Assembly: GCA_002319925.1 (NCBI GenBank)
Contig: DCFP01000094.1
Location: 13,839 to 39,987 of the forward strand
DNA from: Holophagaceae bacterium UBA1801
Lineage (GTDB): Bacteria > Acidobacteriota > Holophagae > Holophagales > Holophagaceae
DNA: 26,149 nt
Direction of reading: 5' to 3'
Each line of letters starts with the position of its first letter. Within the stretch, counting starts at the first letter, position 1. The notes under the pieces were generated by a model. That model was given only the letters and a program-made list of their open reading frames with translations, did no database searches and was not told the DNA's origin. This document shows, piece after piece, positions 24,359-26,149 of this stretch. The translations under genes were made by a program, and so were the position numbers.

Positions 24359-26148
24359 CAGTCGTCGTCTCCGGAGGAACTGCTGGAAAACGAGCTCTCC
24401 TGCCAGCGGCGGTTCTCGAAGGCCATGGCCCTGATCCAGGCCAGGACGGGAACCACGAGGATGCCGAGGGCCGCGAGAAAACCATAAAGCCATCGCGTGA
24501 TGCCGCTGCGCAGCTCCACGCTGAAGGTGGAGACCGGCGGGAGCTTGCCGTCCCACACGGGCGCGATACGCAGGACGTACCTGCCTGGAGGAACCGACGA
24601 GAGATACACCGTCTCCGAGGTGTTGCCCTCGGTCCAGGCTCCGTCTTCATCAGAGCCGTGGTAGTAGCTGGAGGCCACCTCGAACAGCTCAGTGGCACCC
24701 GTGGTCTCGCTCACCAGGGCACCCTCGATGCCGATCCAGTTGTTGTCCACAGGGGCGTTGAGGGTAACGGAGAAATTCTTGTGGCCATCCGCGATCTCGA
24801 AGGGTTCCGTGAAGAAGACTGGTTCGAGGGGATTCTCGGGAGCCGCGGCCGGAGGCGGAGTATCCGTTGCAGGGGCGGGTGCTGGCGCTGTTGCTGGCGC
24901 CTGACCCTGCGCAAGGGCCTTGAGGGCGGGCACCCGCTCGAAGATGTTGTAATCCTCTTTGTAGAGCAGCTTCTCGCGATGGGTGGCCACTTCCCAGGCC
25001 AGTGCGGTCACGAGCAGCGCGAAGGCCGCCACCATCCAGAGGCCCATCTGGCGCGCGGTCTTCCAGTGGGGATTGGGCTGATGGGGTGCGATGCCCTGGG
25101 GCGATGGCGGCGAGCCTTTGAGCTTGAAGGCCTTCCAGATCTCGCTGCCCTGCAGGTAGGTGCTCTTCGACCAGTTCACTTCCTCGCCACCGCCGGGTTG
25201 GCGCTGAATTTCCTCCGCGAGGCTGATGGGAGCTTTGACGTACTCCGTGACCTGGACCCGCTCACCCTGTTCCACCTTCCAGTAGAATTCGCCGTAGACG
25301 CCCTCCACCACGGCCTCCGTGTGCTGGAAGGCACGGTAGTGTTCGCCCTTGTATTCGATGGTCCGCCCACCTGCGCCGGTCCGGCGCAGATCGCCGAGAT
25401 TCATCGCTTCGGCCAGGCTCCAGTGGCCATCGCTTTCCACGAGCCACTTGAACCCGTGATGGGAATCGAGCATCAGGTACTCGCCCCAGGGATACCGTGT
25501 GCCCTCCACCGTACACGAGCGCAGCAGGTACCCGATGCACGTGAGCGGAATCCCGTTGAGTACGCCATCCGTGCCGAGGGGGATGAACATGCGCGGATCG
25601 GGTTGTTTCAGGGATTTCAGGTAAGTGAGGCGGCCCTCGGAGGCATCCAGCAGACTGCCGCAGGAGGCGCAGACCACATGCTGGGCCTGATCGGGTGCCC
25701 GCAAGGGCAGAGGGGCTGCGCATTTCGGGCAGGCCAAGCCCTGGGTCTTCAGTTTCGGCACCGGTGGCGGCCCGCTGGGGGGAAGCTTCAACTTCAAATC
25801 CTCGAAGGGAATTTCCCGGCCCACGAAGAAAAGTGGTGATTCCTCGGAGTAGTCGAGGGTCGCGAAGGCGCCGTTGGGTCCATTGAGATCCGCAAAGCGG
25901 TAGGATCCGCCAAGATCCACGGCCCAAGGGATTTCGCCCTCGGCCGAGGCGAAGGTTCCCTGACTCACCTCGGCGACCATCCAGAGGCCTTGATCGCCCA
26001 GGTTCACGGTGCCGCCTGCCAGCAGGCCTTCCGGTGCAGGAATGGCAGCCGTCACGGCGTGGGCAAAGGTCAGGTAGAAGCGGCCCTGGGCCTCCGCCAG
26101 CCAGCCCCAGCGGCCATCGTCGAGGGCCAGGTACCACTCGTCCCACAC
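24358..26148 (-). CDS. DUF4178-like two-domain membrane protein with a zinc-ribbon, 5' partial (N-terminus lies beyond the window end)
   Basis: The ORF is open to the window edge. CxxC...CxxC zinc ribbon CPKCAAPLPL..(14)..CASCGSLLD. Repeated ~130-aa modules are separated by a TM helix (LWMVAAFALLVTALAW) and a Pro/Ala-rich linker. A second TM helix sits near the C-terminus, followed by an acidic Ser-rich tail SSFSSSSSGDDD. The domain family is assigned from memory of the architecture and gene neighbourhood, not from a search. Confidence 0.55.
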   Translation of the reverse strand: MWDEWYLALDDGRWGWLAEAQGRFYLTFAHAVTAAIPAPEGLLAGGTVNLGDQGLWMVAEVSQGTFASAEGEIPWAVDLGGSYRFADLNGPNGAFATLDYSEESPLFFVGREIPFEDLKLKLPPSGPPPVPKLKTQGLACPKCAAPLPLRAPDQAQHVVCASCGSLLDASEGRLTYLKSLKQPDPRMFIPLGTDGVLNGIPLTCIGYLLRSCTVEGTRYPWGEYLMLDSHHGFKWLVESDGHWSLAEAMNLGDLRRTGAGGRTIEYKGEHYRAFQHTEAVVEGVYGEFYWKVEQGERVQVTEYVKAPISLAEEIQRQPGGGEEVNWSKSTYLQGSEIWKAFKLKGSPPSPQGIAPHQPNPHWKTARQMGLWMVAAFALLVTALAWEVATHREKLLYKEDYNIFERVPALKALAQGQAPATAPAPAPATDTPPPAAAPENPLEPVFFTEPFEIADGHKNFSVTLNAPVDNNWIGIEGALVSETTGATELFEVASSYYHGSDEDGAWTEGNTSETVYLSSVPPGRYVLRIAPVWDGKLPPVSTFSVELRSGITRWLYGFLAALGILVVPVLAWIRAMAFENRRWQESSFSSSSSGDDD

Positions 26149-26149
26149 G

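Noticed and set aside
1-26149. CRISPR arrays, transposases/integrases, rRNA and tRNA
   Set aside because: No regularly spaced direct repeats, no DDE/tyrosine recombinase-like ORFs and no conserved rRNA/tRNA motifs were seen. The window is not obviously a mobile island despite the two gene remnants.

Overview
High-GC (about 60-65%) bacterial chromosomal window with 28 supportable protein-coding genes and two 5'-truncated gene remnants. I see no rRNA, tRNA, CRISPR array, transposase or integrase. Left to right on the + strand unless stated: a 5'-partial large PKD/beta-sandwich surface protein; an Lgt-like prolipoprotein diacylglyceryl transferase; a 683-aa flotillin/SPFH protein with its own terminator; an ASCH protein; L-threonine aldolase (-); a lower-GC LuxR regulator (-) sitting on a truncated alanine racemase C-terminal remnant; an AT-rich gap holding a long imperfect palindrome; a NatAB-like ABC ATPase and permease; a TPR protein; a YvcK/CofD-like protein; a PATAN/DUF4388 protein; a secreted coiled-coil protein with a TonB-C-like domain; a LysR regulator (-) divergent from a MIO-dependent (Ala-Ser-Gly) histidine/aromatic ammonia-lyase; a truncated class-V aminotransferase remnant; a small 2Fe-2S ferredoxin (-); a translationally coupled SRPBCC and SnoaL/NTF2-like pair; a secreted CX5R tyrosine phosphatase coupled to a membrane-anchored hypothetical. 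The most interesting part is the right-hand minus-strand operon from 26148 down to 20634. Its order is: DUF4178-like zinc-ribbon membrane protein, an unannotated 59-aa His-rich small ORF (TGATG-coupled), a DUF350-like two-TM protein, a polytopic-membrane-fused spermidine/spermine synthase, then a Tat-signal FAD oxidoreductase. This is a conserved but functionally uncharacterised envelope/polyamine module that in other genomes is linked to PspA and flotillin, here extended by an oxidase. All functional calls rest on motifs read by eye. No database search was run.
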